Source: Alphaproteobacteria bacterium (lineage in GTDB: Bacteria > Pseudomonadota > Alphaproteobacteria > GCA-2731375). Taken from it: a stretch of DNA of 64,000 nt. The notes beneath the pieces are model-generated. The model ran no database searches and had not been told where the DNA came from. It was given only the letters and a program-made list of their open reading frames with translations. Below, piece after piece: positions 49,776 to 59,980 of the stretch (positions are counted from its first letter, which is position 1; every line of letters starts with the position of its first letter). Both the position numbers and the translations under genes were made by a program. The stretch spans positions 5,344,001 through 5,408,000 of the forward strand of contig CBDDPY010000002.1 of assembly GCA_965232515.1 (NCBI GenBank), written 5' to 3'.

Positions 49776-50585
49776 ATGAGCGAGCGATACGCCAAGTACA
49801 AAGCCTTCGAGATCGACTTCCCCGCCGAGCGCATCCTGCGCATCACCCTGAACAAGCCCGAGACCTATAACTCGCTCGACGCCGACGGCCACCGCGAGAT
49901 CACGAATATCTGGCGCGACATCGACGACGACGAGGACATCTCGGCCGTGATCCTGACGGCCAAGGGCAAGGCGTTCTCGTCCGGCGGCGATTTCGGCATG
50001 ATTGAAAAGAACATGAACGACTATCACGCGCGCGTGCGCGCCTGGAAGGAGGCCCGCGACCTCGTCTACAACATCATCAACTGCAACAAGCCCATCGTCT
50101 CGGCCATCAACGGCGTCGCCGTCGGCGCCGGCCTGGTGGCGGCGCTCCTGGCCGACATCTCGATCGCCGCGCGCTCGGCCAAGATCATCGACGGCCACAC
50201 CCGGCTCGGCGTCGCCGCCGGCGACCACGCGGTGATCAACTGGCCGCTGCTTTGCGGCATGGCCAAGGCCAAGTACTTGCTGATGCTCTGCGAGCCGGTC
50301 GACGGCACCGAGGCCGAGCGCATCGGCCTGGTCTCGCTGGTGGTCGAGGACGACGAGCTGCAGGCGAAGGCCATGCAGATCGCCGAACGCCTGGTGGCAG
50401 GTGCGCCGACGGCGATCCGCTGGACCAAGTACGCGCTCAACAACTGGTACCGGGCCATGGGGCCGAGCTTCGACGCCTCGCTGTCCATGGAGATGATCGG
50501 CTTCTCCAGCGACGAAGTGCGTGAAGGCCTGGCCTCGCACCTCGAAAAGCGCAAGCCCGAGTTCGACCCCAAGTCGCCCCTCTAA
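49776..50585 (+). CDS. Enoyl-CoA hydratase/isomerase family protein
   Basis: [30 protein letters not shown]. Confidence 0.93.
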   Translation: MSERYAKYKAFEIDFPAERILRITLNKPETYNSLDADGHREITNIWRDIDDDEDISAVILTAKGKAFSSGGDFGMIEKNMNDYHARVRAWKEARDLVYNIINCNKPIVSAINGVAVGAGLVAALLADISIAARSAKIIDGHTRLGVAAGDHAVINWPLLCGMAKAKYLLMLCEPVDGTEAERIGLVSLVVEDDELQAKAMQIAERLVAGAPTAIRWTKYALNNWYRAMGPSFDASLSMEMIGFSSDEVREGLASHLEKRKPEFDPKSPL

Positions 50586-50608
50586 GGCGATCGCGGAGGA
50601 CGGGACCG

Positions 50609-51526
50609 ATGGCGGCGCCCGCGCTGATCGGCGTCGATTGGGGCAGCAGCAGCCTGCGCGCCTTCCTGATCGGCGCCGACGGCGTCCGCCTCGACCACCG
50701 CCGCTCGGATCGGGGCATCCTGAACGTCGCCGACGGCGGCTTCGCGGATGTGCTGGACGCCACGGTCGGCGATTGGCGGCGGGCGGCGCCCGGCCTGCCG
50801 GTGCTGCTGTCGGGCATGATCGGCAGCCGGCAGGGCTGGGCCGAGGCGCCGTACGCCGCCTGTCCGGTCGCGCTCAGCGTGCTCGCGGATCAGTTCCTGG
50901 CCCTCGACGATGGCGTGCATATCGTGCCCGGCCTGTCGGCGGTGGGGCCGGACGGCGTGCATGACGTGATGCGCGGCGAGGAGACGCAGCTCGTCGGCGC
51001 GCTCAGCCTGAGCGGACGCGGCGAGGGCCTGTTCTGCCTGCCCGGCACGCACGCCAAATGGGCGCGGATTGCCGACGAGGCGATCACGGCGTTCCACACC
51101 GCCATGACCGGCGAGGTCTTTGCCGTGCTGCGGGCGCACAGCATCCTGCGCCATGGCATGGCCGAACTCGGCGACCGCGACGCCGACGCCTTCGATCGCG
51201 GGCTGACACGCGCGCGGCAGCCCGGCGGGCTGCTGCATCACCTGTTTGGCGTCCGCGCCGAGGGCCTGTTCGACGCGCTCGGGCCGGCCGCCGCGCCGAG
51301 CTACCTGTCGGGCCTGCTGATTGGCCACGAGCTTTCCGGCATCCGCGACCTGGTCGGCGCGATCGATCGAGTGACGCTGGTCGGGCAGGGCGAACTGATC
51401 AATCTCTATGCCCGCGCGCTTGACGCGGCGGGCGTGCAGGTCGACATGATGGAAGGCGAGACGGCGGCCGAGGCCGGCCTGTGGCGGCTCGCCCGGCTCG
51501 CCGGTCTGGTGGAGGGAGAGGGATGA
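50609..51526 (+). CDS. dgoK: 2-dehydro-3-deoxygalactonokinase
   Basis: DWGSSSLRA, GMIGSRQGW, DVMRGEETQ, PGTHAKW, MTGE. Confidence 0.94.
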   Translation: MAAPALIGVDWGSSSLRAFLIGADGVRLDHRRSDRGILNVADGGFADVLDATVGDWRRAAPGLPVLLSGMIGSRQGWAEAPYAACPVALSVLADQFLALDDGVHIVPGLSAVGPDGVHDVMRGEETQLVGALSLSGRGEGLFCLPGTHAKWARIADEAITAFHTAMTGEVFAVLRAHSILRHGMAELGDRDADAFDRGLTRARQPGGLLHHLFGVRAEGLFDALGPAAAPSYLSGLLIGHELSGIRDLVGAIDRVTLVGQGELINLYARALDAAGVQVDMMEGETAAEAGLWRLARLAGLVEGEG

Positions 51527-52164
51527 CACTCGGCTTGCACGACGCCCTGGCGGCCTGTCCGCTGGTCGCCATCCTGCGCGGCCTGACGCCCGACGAGGCT
51601 TCGCCGGTCGGCGAGGTCCTGCTCGGCGCCGGTTTCCGCATCCTCGAGGTTCCACTGAACTCACCCGAACCGTTGGAGAGCATCCGCCGCCTCAACGCGG
51701 CCTTCGGCGCCAATGCCCTGATCGGGGCCGGCACCGTGCTGTCCCCGGCCGATGTCGCCGGCGTGGCCGAGGCGGGCGGGCGGCTGATCGTCATGCCGCA
51801 CGGCGACGTCGAGGTGGTGCGCGCCGCCAAGGCCGCGGGCCTCCTCTGCGTGCCCGGCTTCGCCACGCCGACCGAAGCCTTTGCCGCGCTGGCGGCCGGC
51901 GCCGACGCGCTGAAGCTGTTTCCGGCCGAGTCCCATCCGCCGGCCGTGCTGAAGGCCATGAAGGCGGTGCTGCCGGCCGATGTCCCGGTGCTCCCTGTCG
52001 GCGGCATCACGCCGCTGAAGATGGCCGACTACTGGCGCGCCGGCGCGGCCGGTTTCGGCCTCGGCTCGGCGCTCTACAAGCCGGGCCTTTCACCGGCCCA
52101 GATCGAAGAGCACGCCCATGCCTTCGTTACCGAATTGCGACATATCCATGACAGCGGTTGCTGA
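51523..52164 (+). CDS. dgoA: 2-dehydro-3-deoxy-6-phosphogalactonate aldolase
   Basis: LVAILRG, EVPLNSP, GAGTV, LKLFPAE, PVGG; coupled to dgoK. Confidence 0.94.
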   Translation: MTLGLHDALAACPLVAILRGLTPDEASPVGEVLLGAGFRILEVPLNSPEPLESIRRLNAAFGANALIGAGTVLSPADVAGVAEAGGRLIVMPHGDVEVVRAAKAAGLLCVPGFATPTEAFAALAAGADALKLFPAESHPPAVLKAMKAVLPADVPVLPVGGITPLKMADYWRAGAAGFGLGSALYKPGLSPAQIEEHAHAFVTELRHIHDSGC

Positions 52165-52194
52165 CCGGCGCGGCTGGGTGTAGATGGTGATTGT

Positions 52195-52707
52195 ATGAAA
52201 GTGGTCCTAAAGATCGTGGGATATGTATTCCTTGCCGTCGTCGCGATCGTCGTGGTCGGCGTGATCGCGACAGCGTTCGTCGGCCGCGAGGGCATGCTCA
52301 GCCTCGTCTTCGGACCGGTCGAAGAGCGCGAGATCGATTTCACCACGCTGCAGAAGACCGACAAGCCGAATCAGTTCCTGGTCTGCCCGCTCGACGTCTG
52401 CGCCGAGACGCCCGATATGGTCGCGCCGGTCTACGAGATGTCAGCCACGGACCTTCGCGACAAATGGCTGGCGATGCTGGCCGAGCAGCCGCGTGTTGAG
52501 CAGATCAGCGCCGACGATGAGAACATGCACTACGACTTTCGCCAGCATACCGAGCTGATGCGGTTTCCGGACACGATCACGGTCCGTTTCATTCCACTCG
52601 GGGACACCCAGTCGACGCTTGCCGTCTACAGCCGGTCGCACTACGGATATTCCGACTGGGGCGTTAATCAAAAGCGCGTGACGGCCTGGCTCGAGTCCCT
52701 GCGGTAG
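52195..52707 (+). CDS. DUF1499 domain protein
   Basis: PN..VCP, MRFPD, YSRSHYGYSDWGVN..RV..W. Confidence 0.85.
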   Translation: MKVVLKIVGYVFLAVVAIVVVGVIATAFVGREGMLSLVFGPVEEREIDFTTLQKTDKPNQFLVCPLDVCAETPDMVAPVYEMSATDLRDKWLAMLAEQPRVEQISADDENMHYDFRQHTELMRFPDTITVRFIPLGDTQSTLAVYSRSHYGYSDWGVNQKRVTAWLESLR

Positions 52708-52896
52708 CGCCGCATCCCCACGATTGTAAGGAATTCCGACACGCGCCGGCGTGTCCGGCGTTAACCATTCTTTATCCCCGGTTTCAGTGACTTCGGCCCG
52801 CAATCGGCCCGAACGGCGGTGATTTGCGCCTGCCGATCTTCAAAAACCTGTCGGGAAAACTTACATGCGTCACAGAATTGTCCCATCGGATCTGCA

Positions 52897-52933
52897 TAAC
52901 TATTTGATATTCAAGAGTTGGCAAGGGTCTTGC
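52897..52933 (+). promoter_or_regulatory. Sigma54 promoter with adjacent IHF site
   Basis: tGGcaagggtcttGC (GG-N10-GC, 52919-52933); reverse strand TATCAAatagTTA (52897-52909) fits WATCAANNNNTTR. Confidence 0.7.
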
Positions 52934-52944
52934 GTTACGTGTGA

Positions 52945-53166
52945 TAATTCTGTGTCATAGAGCATCACACAACGCGACAGTTTGTGTATTTGGGAGGAGG
53001 ACCGGTCGAGAGGCTGGCGTTCTTGGCCACGGTTCGACCGGAAGTGTTTGGTGTCGGCCTGCGTGTCGTATCACGCGTAGCAGGAAGACACCCGTCGACG
53101 TGACTGATGCCCTCTAGCGTCGACGAACTGCGGCGGTCCCAATTATCGGGGCCGCCGCTTTTTTTT
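52945..53166 (+). ncRNA. Candidate structured sRNA, about 220 nt
   Basis: Between the sigma54 promoter and a terminator; successive hairpins; no suitably spaced start codon after GGAGG. Confidence 0.55.
53130..53166 (+). terminator. Rho-independent terminator
   Basis: gcggcggtccc-aattatc-ggggccgccgc followed by T8. Confidence 0.88.
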
Positions 53167-53254
53167 CGTCATGATCGACGTAAGCGCGCGGGCTGGTTGC
53201 GTGCGGCCAACCTGGGCTAGTCTACGTCCACGGGGACGCAGGCGGGGAGGGAAC

Positions 53255-55327
53255 ATGCGGATTCTGTCGCATCGCGAGCGGCCGGTGCATCTCGGTCCCT
53301 ATGCCATGGAGCGCCTGCCGCGGGCGGACGAGGCCGGGGCCATGCCGGCGGTAGCATGGCAGCGGTCCGATGCCGGCGGCGAATGGGCGATCCGCCGGGT
53401 CATGGGCGACTATGCGGCGCTCTATGATTCGCTGCGTGACGGCGCCATCGCGCCGCAGCGGGCGCCGATTTCCCAGGACCCTGACCGGCGGACGCGGGAC
53501 CTGAAGGCGCACTGCTACTTCCTCGACGCCCAGATCGTGGGCACCGCGCGGGTGCCGGCCGACGCCTGGCTCGGCGAGGCGGTGGCCGATCACACGCATG
53601 CCCTCGTCATCGCCATCGAATACGCCAAGGATCCGGCCTCCGGCGCGCCGGGCGATGCCTGGCTGACCGGCTCGCAGGACGCGCGGTCGGACCTGCGGGC
53701 CGGTGAGATCGCCACCATCATGGCCGGCTATGTCCGCCATCTCGGCTACGCCGCGCGGGCTCATTCGGCGACCATGTCCGATGTCGATTTGCCGCGCCTC
53801 GCCGTCGCCGCCGGCATTGCCGAGATCGGTTCCGATGGCGCGCTCCGCAATCCGTTTCTCGGCCGGCGGTTTCGGCTTGCCGCGGTCACCATGGCGTTCG
53901 AGATCGCGGCGGACCGCCCGTTGGCGCCCAGGCGGATCGGCGACGGCTGGCGGGTCTGGGGGCCGGGCTATTGGCTCGGCGCAGGCGGCGCCAAGCCCGG
54001 CTGGCAACGGCTGAACGCGGCGTCGCGACCGCTGCATCTCGGGCCGTATCCCATGGAGAAGATCGACCGAGCGCCCGAGACCACGACGCTGATCACCGAC
54101 GATGTGCCGCGCGTGCCGAAGCGGGCGAACTTCTTCACCCGCTGCCTGAACGGCGACCTCGGCCCGAAGGCCCAGCGCGAACGCAACCGCTTCGCCTTCA
54201 AGACGCCCTACGCCCAGGGCTACATGCCGCTGATCAAGAACCTGGTGCCGATGCAGGATGGTCCGATCGCCGAGGCGGCCGCGTCCGGGACGGACGATCC
54301 GGCGGCCAATGCCAACGACGTCAAGGCCGCCGGCTATTTCCTGGGCGCCGACATGATCGGCATCTGCGAGGCCCCCGCCTTCGCTTATTACTCGCACGAG
54401 CTCGACGGCACGCCGATCGCGCCCTATCACAAATACGCCATCGTCATGCTGATCGATCAGGGCTATGAGACCATGGAGGGCGCGTCGGGCGACGACTGGA
54501 TCTCGGGCGCCCAATCGATGCGGGCCTATATGCGCGGCGCCGAGATCGCCGGCGTGCTGGCGGCGCAGATCCGGCGCCTGGGCTACGGCGCGAAGTCCCA
54601 CACCAACGCCGATTCCGACGTGCTGCACATCCCGCTGATCCTGCTGGCCGGTCTGGGCGAGCTGTCGCGCATCGGCGAGCTGGTTCTGAATCCGTTCGTC
54701 GGGCCGCGCTTCAAGTCGGTGGTGGTGACGACCGACATGCCGCTTGAGCCGGACCGGCCGATCGATTTCGGCCTGCAGGACTTTTGCGACCAGTGCATGA
54801 AGTGCGCCCGCGAATGCCCCTGCGATGCGATCTCGTTCGGCGACAAGATCATGTTCAACGGCTACGAGATGTGGAAGCCGGACGTCGAGAAATGTGTCCG
54901 CTATCGGGTCACCAATCCGAAGGGGTCGGCCTGCGGCCGCTGCATGAAGATGTGCCCCTACAACTCGGAAGGGCTGCTGCTGCATCGCTTGTTTCTGTGG
55001 GCCGCGATCAAGCTGCCGTTCACCCGCAAGTGGATCGCCATCCTGGACGACAAGGTCGGCAACGGCCGGCGCAATCCGGCGAAACGCTGGTGGTACGATC
55101 TGGAAATCGTCGACGATGTGGCGGTATCGCCGCCCTTGGGCACCAACGAGCGCGATCTGGATTTGGACCGTGTTGTCGATCCGGCGAAACAGAAGCTGGC
55201 AATCTATCCCGCCGACACCATGCCGCCGCCGGACTCCACTGAGCCGGTCACGGTGGACAGGAAGGCGGGGTTGCGCCGCGCCGCGGAGGCCGAGAAGGCC
55301 GCCGACGCACGGGCGCGGGTCGGCTAA
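53255..55327 (+). CDS. rdhA: Catabolic (non-respiratory) reductive dehalogenase, NpRdhA-like; cobalamin plus 2x[4Fe-4S]
   Basis: Internal duplication (HLGPY.ME twice), LAGLGELSRIGE, GPRFKS, FCDQCMKCARECP, CGRCMKMCP; no Tat signal. Confidence 0.85.
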   Translation: MRILSHRERPVHLGPYAMERLPRADEAGAMPAVAWQRSDAGGEWAIRRVMGDYAALYDSLRDGAIAPQRAPISQDPDRRTRDLKAHCYFLDAQIVGTARVPADAWLGEAVADHTHALVIAIEYAKDPASGAPGDAWLTGSQDARSDLRAGEIATIMAGYVRHLGYAARAHSATMSDVDLPRLAVAAGIAEIGSDGALRNPFLGRRFRLAAVTMAFEIAADRPLAPRRIGDGWRVWGPGYWLGAGGAKPGWQRLNAASRPLHLGPYPMEKIDRAPETTTLITDDVPRVPKRANFFTRCLNGDLGPKAQRERNRFAFKTPYAQGYMPLIKNLVPMQDGPIAEAAASGTDDPAANANDVKAAGYFLGADMIGICEAPAFAYYSHELDGTPIAPYHKYAIVMLIDQGYETMEGASGDDWISGAQSMRAYMRGAEIAGVLAAQIRRLGYGAKSHTNADSDVLHIPLILLAGLGELSRIGELVLNPFVGPRFKSVVVTTDMPLEPDRPIDFGLQDFCDQCMKCARECPCDAISFGDKIMFNGYEMWKPDVEKCVRYRVTNPKGSACGRCMKMCPYNSEGLLLHRLFLWAAIKLPFTRKWIAILDDKVGNGRRNPAKRWWYDLEIVDDVAVSPPLGTNERDLDLDRVVDPAKQKLAIYPADTMPPPDSTEPVTVDRKAGLRRAAEAEKAADARARVG

Positions 55328-55980
55328 GGGCTCAGCGAGATACCGAGAACGGCTTCGAGGTCGGCAATAGCCTGAGCGGGCTCGCCGACCTTGATCGTCC
55401 GCATGCCCATGGCGCGGGCCGGCTTCAGGTTGATGCCGAGATCGTCCAGGAACACGGCTTCCGTCGGCGCGATCTCGAGTTGCTCGCAGGCGATTTCGTA
55501 GAACCGCGGCTCCGGCTTACGGACGCCAACGGCGCTCGACTCGATGACGGCGTCGAAGATGGTCATGATTTCGGCAATCGCCTGCGCCTTCTCCGGCGTG
55601 CGGGCCATGCCGGGCCCATCGCCCAGCCGGGCGTTGTTGGTCAGGCACGCGGTCTTGAAGTTCGCCGCCACGGTGCGCAAGGCCGCCACCATCTCGGGCC
55701 GCACCTCGCCGGCCAGCAGCTTCAGCACGTCCCGGCCGCTGACCGCGTGGCCCGCCGCCCGCGACTCCGCTTCGAACAGTTCGCAGAAGCCGTCAATGTC
55801 GACCTCGCTGCGTTCCAGCTTGGCCCAGGCATTGTCATGCGCATTGCGGGCGTTCAGCCCGCGAATGAAATCCTGGGGCAGGCCCTTCTCCGCTTCGTAA
55901 TGCCGGAACGCCGCGAATGGACTGGTCAGGATGACGCCGCCGAAGTCCCAGAGGACGGCCTTGATCTCCGCGCCGCTCAC
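55324..55980 (-). CDS. HAD-IA family hydrolase
   Basis: [27 protein letters not shown]; GTG start overlaps the msrB stop. Confidence 0.9.
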   Translation of the reverse strand: MSGAEIKAVLWDFGGVILTSPFAAFRHYEAEKGLPQDFIRGLNARNAHDNAWAKLERSEVDIDGFCELFEAESRAAGHAVSGRDVLKLLAGEVRPEMVAALRTVAANFKTACLTNNARLGDGPGMARTPEKAQAIAEIMTIFDAVIESSAVGVRKPEPRFYEIACEQLEIAPTEAVFLDDLGINLKPARAMGMRTIKVGEPAQAIADLEAVLGISLSP

Positions 55981-56417
55981 GCCGTGCGTTCTTTGGCGTC
56001 GGCTTCGGTGTCCGCTTCCGTTTGCGCCGGGTCGAGATCCAGTGAGGCGCTGTTCATGCAGTAGCGCTGGCCGGTTGGCGCCGGGCCGTCTGGAAAGACA
56101 TGGCCGAGATGCGCATCGCAGGTGGCGCAGAGCACTTCCGTGCGCCGCATGAACAGCGAATTGTCCGCTTCCTCGCGCACGGCTTCCGGCGATACCGGCG
56201 CCCAGAAGCTCGGCCAACCGGTGCCGGAGTCGTATTTCGTGTCGGACTTGAACAGCGGAGTGCCGCAGCAGATGCAGTTGTAGGTGCCGGGCGTTTTGTC
56301 GTCCCAGTATTTGCCGGTGAAGGCTCGCTCGGTGTCCTTGCGCCGGGTGACCTGATACTGCTCGGGCGTCAGTTGCGCCTGCCATTCCGCTTCGGATTTC
56401 TGAATCTTGGCCGCCAT
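55977..56417 (-). CDS. msrB: Peptide-methionine (R)-S-oxide reductase
   Basis: [23 protein letters not shown]; two zinc CxxC motifs. Confidence 0.97.
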   Translation of the reverse strand: MAAKIQKSEAEWQAQLTPEQYQVTRRKDTERAFTGKYWDDKTPGTYNCICCGTPLFKSDTKYDSGTGWPSFWAPVSPEAVREEADNSLFMRRTEVLCATCDAHLGHVFPDGPAPTGQRYCMNSASLDLDPAQTEADTEADAKERTA

Positions 56418-56603
56418 GCTGCTGCTCCCAGGGGAATTCGCTGTGCTTAGACATAGTTTGACAGGCCGTGCCGGGTCAATCGCCGGCCATGCCGGCGCCG
56501 CGCTCACGCAACGTTGATTTGCCACAGGCGGCCTGTCCCTGGCTCTTGACGTAGGATTTCGGCGATGAATGTCCAAGACCAAAAGACAACAGGAGGCGCG
56601 TTC

Positions 56604-57098
56604 ATGAACATCAAAAGCTCAGGCTTTGTTGCCGGCGCCATCGCGGCGGCCGCACTGCTGGCTTCGGCGGCTCTCGCTGAGAAGGGCGAGATGGGGCCGA
56701 CGGTGATCGAATTCACCCAGACCGGCTGCCAGTTCCTGGAGTCGGAAGGCGGCGTCGATCACGGCTACATGCCGATGACGGCCAAGGACTGCAAGACGAT
56801 CAACGCCCAGACCGGTGGCGAGCGCCTGACCAAGTCCGAGGTGCTGACGCTGAAGCCGGGCAAGTACCTGTTCCGGGTGGCGAACCAGGACGTGCCCTAC
56901 GAACTCGGCTTCTGGCTGCGCGAGCACGACTACGACTGGCGGAATCCGCTGCACAAGGTCAGCAAGATTTCGGTCTCGGGCGGCGGCCTGGTTCAGGGCA
57001 AGGTCAACGAATACGAGGTCGAGCTGAAGCCGGGCGAATACCTCTATTCCTGCCCGCTGAATCCGACGCCGAACTATCGGATCAAGGTCGAAGGTTAG
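56604..57098 (+). CDS. Secreted cupredoxin-fold-like hypothetical protein
   Basis: AGGAGG RBS, signal peptide, [18 protein letters not shown]. Confidence 0.6.
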   Translation: MNIKSSGFVAGAIAAAALLASAALAEKGEMGPTVIEFTQTGCQFLESEGGVDHGYMPMTAKDCKTINAQTGGERLTKSEVLTLKPGKYLFRVANQDVPYELGFWLREHDYDWRNPLHKVSKISVSGGGLVQGKVNEYEVELKPGEYLYSCPLNPTPNYRIKVEG

Positions 57099-57858
57099 CG
57101 CGCATTTCAGCTACGGCGGCGCCAAGCGCGTCGGTGAGAATCCAGGCATCGCCGGAATAGCCGATGAAGTCGAAGCCCTGCGCGTTTCGGGCGATGCCCT
57201 CCCGCACGCTGGCCACGAGTTTCCCGAGCGACCGGCCGTGGATTCGTGCCGCGTCCACCAGACGGTCGACGGCGGCGATGAAGTCGGGATGCTCGAACTG
57301 CTCGGGAATGCCCATGGCAACCGACAGGTCGTAGTGACCGAGCCAGAGTCCGTCGACACCATCGATGGCGGCAATCGCCGCCGCATTGTCGATGCCCTTC
57401 GGCGTCTCGATCTTGGCGAAGTAGCTGGTCTCGGCGTTTGCACGCGCCATCATGGCTGACGTCGGACCGGGAGTGTAGCGGTCGTGCGCGACACGGGCGG
57501 CAACGCCCCGGCGCCCGTCGGGCGCGTACTTCATTTGCGCCAGGAAACGCTCTACCTCGTCGACCGTCTCGACCATAGGCGACATGATGCTGGCCGCGCC
57601 AACGTCCAGTGCCTGGTGCAGGAAGTGCAGATCCTTTGACGGCAGCCCGACGATCACCGGCAGATCGGCAGTGTCGAAATAGGGCAACACGCGCTTGACG
57701 GTCTCGATGCCGAAGCCGCTGTGCTCCATATCGAACAAGGCGAAGTCGCAGGCCGCGCCTTTGAGAATATGGCCGATACCGGGCGTATCGAATTCGACGA
57801 CGAACGTGCCGAACTTCGCCGCACGGCTTTTTGTCAGCGCCTTCAAGGATGCCGCCAT
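57082..57858 (-). CDS. HpcH/HpaI aldolase family protein
   Basis: DMEHS, ALDVGA, KIET, GVDGLWLGHYDLS. Confidence 0.9.
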   Translation of the reverse strand: MAASLKALTKSRAAKFGTFVVEFDTPGIGHILKGAACDFALFDMEHSGFGIETVKRVLPYFDTADLPVIVGLPSKDLHFLHQALDVGAASIMSPMVETVDEVERFLAQMKYAPDGRRGVAARVAHDRYTPGPTSAMMARANAETSYFAKIETPKGIDNAAAIAAIDGVDGLWLGHYDLSVAMGIPEQFEHPDFIAAVDRLVDAARIHGRSLGKLVASVREGIARNAQGFDFIGYSGDAWILTDALGAAVAEMRANLRP

Positions 57859-57956
57859 TGCCGCCTCCGCGCCGGTCGGCGCCGACCGAGTTCCGGAATG
57901 GTTGACCGGGGCGCCGGTGAACGCAAACATTAGTGCATTCAATTTGGAGCCAAGCA

Positions 57957-58847
57957 ATGCTCAGCGACGCCGACGTCGAATTCTATCGCGAGAACGGCTA
58001 CATCGTGGTGCCGGACGTGGTCTCGGCCGAAGAGATCGCGCGGTTGCGCGCCGTCACCGAGGAGATTGTCGCGCAGTCCCGGCAGGTGCGGGAAAATGAC
58101 GACGTCTACGATCTCGAGGACAGCCATGCGCCGGACCGGCCACGGGTGCGCCGGATCAAGACGCCGCACAAATGGCACGAGGCCTATGCCGCGCTGGTGC
58201 GTCATCCCAACATCGTCGCGGTGCTGCGCCGCCTGATCGGGCCGAACATCCGGTTCGACACGTCCAAGCTGAACATGAAGAGCGAGGCCGGCGGCGCCCC
58301 CGTCGGCTGGCACCAGGACTGGGCCTTCTATCCGCATACCAACGATGATCTCTGCGCGACCGGTCTGATGCTGGACGATGTCGGCCTCGACAATGGGCCG
58401 ATGATGGTGGTGCCCGGCAGCCACCGCGGTCCGACCTACGACCATCACGCCGACGGCTATTTCTGCGGTGCGATCAACGACGATACGGCCGAGGCCGAAT
58501 ATCCCAAGGCGGTACCGCTGACCGGCACGGCCGGATCGCTGACCGTGCACCACGTGCGCATCCTGCACGGCTCGGCGCCGAACCGCTCAAACCGGCCGCG
58601 CCGGTTCCTGCTGCATCAGTATCGCGCCGCCGATGCCTGGCCGCTGTTGGGCTTCGACGACATTGGCCAGTACGACGATCTGATGGTCGCGGGCGAAACG
58701 ACCATCGCGCCGCGTCTCGTGCCGACGCCGGTACGCCTGCCGCTGCCGCCGGCGCCGCACCAGGGCTCGATCTACGAGAACCAGCGCGGTCTGGGTGACA
58801 ATGTCCGCATTCCGGACGACGAACCAAAGAGGGCAGAGGCGACGTAA
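57957..58847 (+). CDS. Phytanoyl-CoA dioxygenase family protein
   Basis: WHQDWAFYPHTN, PGSH, HGSAPN. Confidence 0.9.
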   Translation: MLSDADVEFYRENGYIVVPDVVSAEEIARLRAVTEEIVAQSRQVRENDDVYDLEDSHAPDRPRVRRIKTPHKWHEAYAALVRHPNIVAVLRRLIGPNIRFDTSKLNMKSEAGGAPVGWHQDWAFYPHTNDDLCATGLMLDDVGLDNGPMMVVPGSHRGPTYDHHADGYFCGAINDDTAEAEYPKAVPLTGTAGSLTVHHVRILHGSAPNRSNRPRRFLLHQYRAADAWPLLGFDDIGQYDDLMVAGETTIAPRLVPTPVRLPLPPAPHQGSIYENQRGLGDNVRIPDDEPKRAEAT

Positions 58848-58856
58848 CGCAGAACC

Positions 58857-58882
58857 GTCATCCTGGCGAAGGCCAGGATCCA
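58857..58882. repeat. REP-like palindrome (family A variant)
   Basis: gtcatcctggcgaaggccaggatcca; its inverted partner is split by the IS (tggat at 58916-58920 plus cctggcctgcgccaggatgac at 59961-59981). Confidence 0.8.
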
Positions 58883-58920
58883 CTGCCGCGGTTCACCAAT
58901 ACGGCGAAAAGTCGTTGGAT

Positions 58921-59960
58921 GCCCTGAGTTCACAAACGAAGTGCAACACCTTGTGTTGGAGGTGTTGCGATGGGATCCGATTACGCCCAGTTGTCACTGG
59001 AAGAGCGGTGTGAGATTTCCCGCCTTCAAACCGCCGGCCGCTCGATCCGGCAAATCGCGGCAGCTCTGGATCGCGCGCCATCAACAGTCTCTCGCGAACT
59101 GAAACGCAACAGCGGCCGACAGGTCGGCTACAAGCCAGCCTATGCCCAGCAGCAGGCCCGCGCCCGGCGCTGGTCCGGGCCCCGCCTGCAACGCGATCCG
59201 AGCTTGCGCGACCGCGTCCTCGACGGCCTCAAACGCGGCTGGTCGCCGGAACAGGTCGCCGGCCGGCTCGCCCACACCGCCGGCCAACACGTCATCTCGC
59301 ATGAAAGCATCTACCGCTTCGTCTATGCCCAGCTCGCCCGCACCCAGGACTTCCGCTGGCGCCTGCTGCTGCCGCGCGGCAAAAGCAAACGCGGCTGGCG
59401 CGGCCGCAGGGGCGGCAGCCCGGCCAGCTTCATCGCCGGCCGCGTGCCCATCGCCGATCGCCCGGCCGACGTCGACGACCGCACAACCCCGGGACACTGG
59501 GAAGCCGACCTCATGCTGTTCGCGACCTACGGCCAGGCCATCCTCGTCTGCCATGAACGTCTCTCCCGCATCCTCCTCGCCACCCGGCCACCGGGTAAGG
59601 CCGCACAGCCCATCGCAGACCACCTGCACGCCCTGTTCGCCGACCTGCCGCCCGACCTGCGCCAGACCGTCACCTTCGACAACGGCACCGAATTCGCCCG
59701 CCACACCGAACTCCAGCACATCGACATGCAAACCTACTTCTGCGACCCCCATGCCCCCTGGCAGAAGGGCGGCATCGAAAACGCCATCGGCCGCTTCCGA
59801 CGCTTCATCCCCCGAAAGACAAACCTCGACGAGCTCAACCGCCGGCGCCTGCACCAATACCTGCGCGCCTACAACACCACGCCGCGGAAATGCCTTGACT
59901 ACAGAACCCCAGCCGAGGTCTTCATCGAACACCTGTTGCACTTCGAATGTGAATCCACCT
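58921..59960 (+). mobile_element. IS30 family insertion sequence
   Basis: Inverted repeats ttcacaaacgaagtgcaaca (58929-58948) and tgttgcacttcgaatgtgaa (59934-59953), 18/20 match; exact ends uncertain by a few nt. Confidence 0.9.
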
Positions 59961-59980
59961 CCTGGCCTGCGCCAGGATGA
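58970..59980 (+). CDS. IS30 family transposase
   Basis: STVSRELKRN, WSPEQ, GHWEAD, TFDNGTEF, PWQKGGIEN, PRKCLDY. Confidence 0.96.
   Translation: MGSDYAQLSLEERCEISRLQTAGRSIRQIAAALDRAPSTVSRELKRNSGRQVGYKPAYAQQQARARRWSGPRLQRDPSLRDRVLDGLKRGWSPEQVAGRLAHTAGQHVISHESIYRFVYAQLARTQDFRWRLLLPRGKSKRGWRGRRGGSPASFIAGRVPIADRPADVDDRTTPGHWEADLMLFATYGQAILVCHERLSRILLATRPPGKAAQPIADHLHALFADLPPDLRQTVTFDNGTEFARHTELQHIDMQTYFCDPHAPWQKGGIENAIGRFRRFIPRKTNLDELNRRRLHQYLRAYNTTPRKCLDYRTPAEVFIEHLLHFECESTSWPAPG

Noticed and set aside
52710-53250. Cobalamin riboswitch upstream of the dehalogenase
   Set aside because: No recognisable B12-box elements (GGGAA..., GCCCCCGCAACTGT, GCCACTG); the layout fits an independent transcript better.
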